Assembly: GCA_951406725.2 (NCBI GenBank)
Contig: OX597824.1
Location: 32,240,001-32,304,000 of the forward strand
Direction: 5' to 3'
Length of the DNA stretch: 64,000 nt
Source: Octopus vulgaris
Lineage: Eukaryota
Shown here: piece by piece, positions 61,845 through 64,000 of the stretch
Layout: every line of letters begins with the position of its first letter
Numbering within the stretch: the first letter of the stretch is position 1
The notes under the pieces: model-generated
Seen by the model: only the letters and a program-made list of their open reading frames with translations
Told to the model about the DNA's origin: nothing
Database searches by the model: none
Position numbers and translations under genes: made by a program

Positions 61845-64000
61845 TAGTTCCAATTCCGCCGAGGTCGACTTTGCCTTTCATCCTTTCGGGGTCGATAAAA
61901 ATAAGTTCCAGTTACGCACTGGGGTCGATGTAATCGACTTAATCCGTTTGTCTGTCCTTGTTTGTCCTCTCTGTGTTTAGCCCCTTGCGGGTAGTAAAAA
62001 AAGAAGTATTTCATCTGTCTTTACGTTGAGTTCAAATTCTGCCGAGGTCAACTTTGTCTTTCATCTCTTCGGAGTCGATAAACTAAGTACCAGTTACGCA
62101 CTGGGGTCGATGTAATCGACTTAATCCATTTGTCCTTGTTTGTCCCCTCTGTGTTTAGCCCCTTGTGGGTAGTAAAGAAATAGGTATTTCGTCTGTCTCT
62201 ACGTTCTGAGTTCAAATTCCGCCAAGGTCGACTTTGCCTTTCATTCTTTTAGGGTTGATAAATTAAGGACCAAGTTGCGTACTAGGGTTGATCTAATCGA
62301 CTGGCCCTTCCCCCAAATTTCCGGCCTTGTGCTTAAAGTAGAAAAGAAGTTTCAAAAAAGTTTATATTGATGCAAACACAACCAACACAACCACAAACAA
62401 CATAAAATTCGCCTATATGTACATGCACAGACACCCGCAGCATAAAAAGCTATTGTCCTTGAAAAAAAAAAGAATGAGAAAAGCATTACGGCACATCGTC
62501 TGCCAACTACAAACACATATGTATGATATTATTTTCTGTGTTGTGACCATGTATTTGGTCTATATTGTGATCCTTTGTGACGCTTTGTGACCATTTTGAA
62601 CCGTTTCTCTTATGGTTGTGAAAATTTTGCCCTTATGGTTTCAATAATGTTTATAAACTGTAATTGTCTTTGTTGTTTCAACTGCTAATTTTTTACTGCA
62701 TATTTTCGTTTCGTTTGCGGTATGACAAACTCACTGCAACGAGACTACTGTAACGAGATCCCGACTGAGATTTGAACCATGGCTCTCAGATTTTCCTAGT
62801 CTAGAATCACGAACTAATGTATCTCCATAAAAGGAAAAGTATCGCCATAAAAACGTTTTAACACTTACGTGAATATGGCTCGGCTAATCGTCTCTGGCTG
62901 ACTCATTATGGTTGAGGCAGCGATCTTCATAAGAAATACGTGTTTTACCCGCCTAACAGTTGGTATAACTATGAATTTTTGAAAATATTTAAATGTAATT
63001 TTTACCATGCTATTTCTTGGAGAACATCCAAAAATAAACATTTTGATACCTCATTTATGAAATTTGGACAAATATTTTAGGAAATATGACCACATGAATG
63101 GTAAACAAATTGGTTGAAGTTTTGGTTAATTTGCCTAAATGATTAAGTTGCTATATTTGAAACTAAGGTGATAATCATCTTAAAATCACACAAATTAATA
63201 GTGACCAGGGTATAGTAGTTGCCTATTTTTGTTTTTTCTGACTCTTGGAGAGAAAACTTCTTTTGGCAATATTTTAGATATGTTTACGTAAAGCCTATTT
63301 TGTTACGTGTAACAAATGGTCGATTTTGCAGTGTTTTCAGACCTAGCTAAATCCAAAATAATTATAAGTCACAAGAACTTGAATTTTGGCACGTTTGTAA
63401 CAGGTACGAACACTAGCGTAGCGGGGTGGAGGCTAACGTTTCTTATTTCTTTATTGCCCACAAGGGGCTAAACATAGAGGGGACAAACAAGGACAGACAA
63501 AGGTATTAAGTCGATTACATCGACCCCAGTGCGTAACTGGTACTTAATTTATCGACCCCGAAAGGATGAAAGGCAAAGTCGACCTCGGTGGAATTTGAAC
63601 TCAGAACGTAACGGCAGACGAAATACAACTAAGCATTTCGTCCGGCGTGCTAACGTTTCCGCTATCTCGCCGCCTTTAACGACCCACTTAATGTCACTTC
63701 TAACAACTCACACCTCTACGCATATACTACTACTCTTCAATCTTTGACCTGCTATCTCTTGACACTGAGCTTTCATGAGTCATGAAACCGGCTTTTGAAA
63801 ATGTTGTGTGACCACAGAGAGAACAAGTAAGAGTATATCTAGACCTTCTGTTATACAGTTGTCCAACGACCTGCAGTTTTCGGAAGTTACCTTTTACTTT
63901 TGGAAAAGCAATTTGATTTTTCCCAAACTGCTAGCTATTCTTTCTTTTTACAGCCACCATTCACTTTTCTTCATATAAACTACATGGATTAAAGTACTGA

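Overview
Eukaryotic, AT-rich, repeat-dense genomic DNA. The SINE, RTE and Helitron families and the long (TA)n tracts suggest a coleoid cephalopod, probably Octopus; this is an inference. One host gene dominates the window: the 5' two-thirds of the bifunctional glutamyl-prolyl-tRNA synthetase (EPRS) on the minus strand. I reconstructed it by hand as 23 GT-AG coding exons from the ATG at 48393 down to 2771 (2984 nt, all splice phases compatible). It encodes a GST-like domain, the GluRS catalytic core (HVGH and VLSKR motifs), the anticodon-binding region, three WHEP repeats and the first residues of ProRS, which continues beyond the left edge. Introns and the upstream 15 kb hold tRNA-derived SINEs, RTE and CR1/L2 LINE ends, piggyBac, Merlin and mariner MITEs, Helitrons, a frameshifted Merlin transposase, and Gypsy gag and LTR/PBS remnants. 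The most interesting unexplained signals are: (1) several long inverted repeats carrying minimal hammerhead-ribozyme-like cores (Penelope-type), some on the EPRS pre-mRNA strand; (2) a cluster of C/EBP-ATF (ATF4-type) amino-acid-response motifs in EPRS intron 1; (3) phase-0 symmetric WHEP exons that could be skipped modularly. No prokaryotic features or CRISPR arrays are present.
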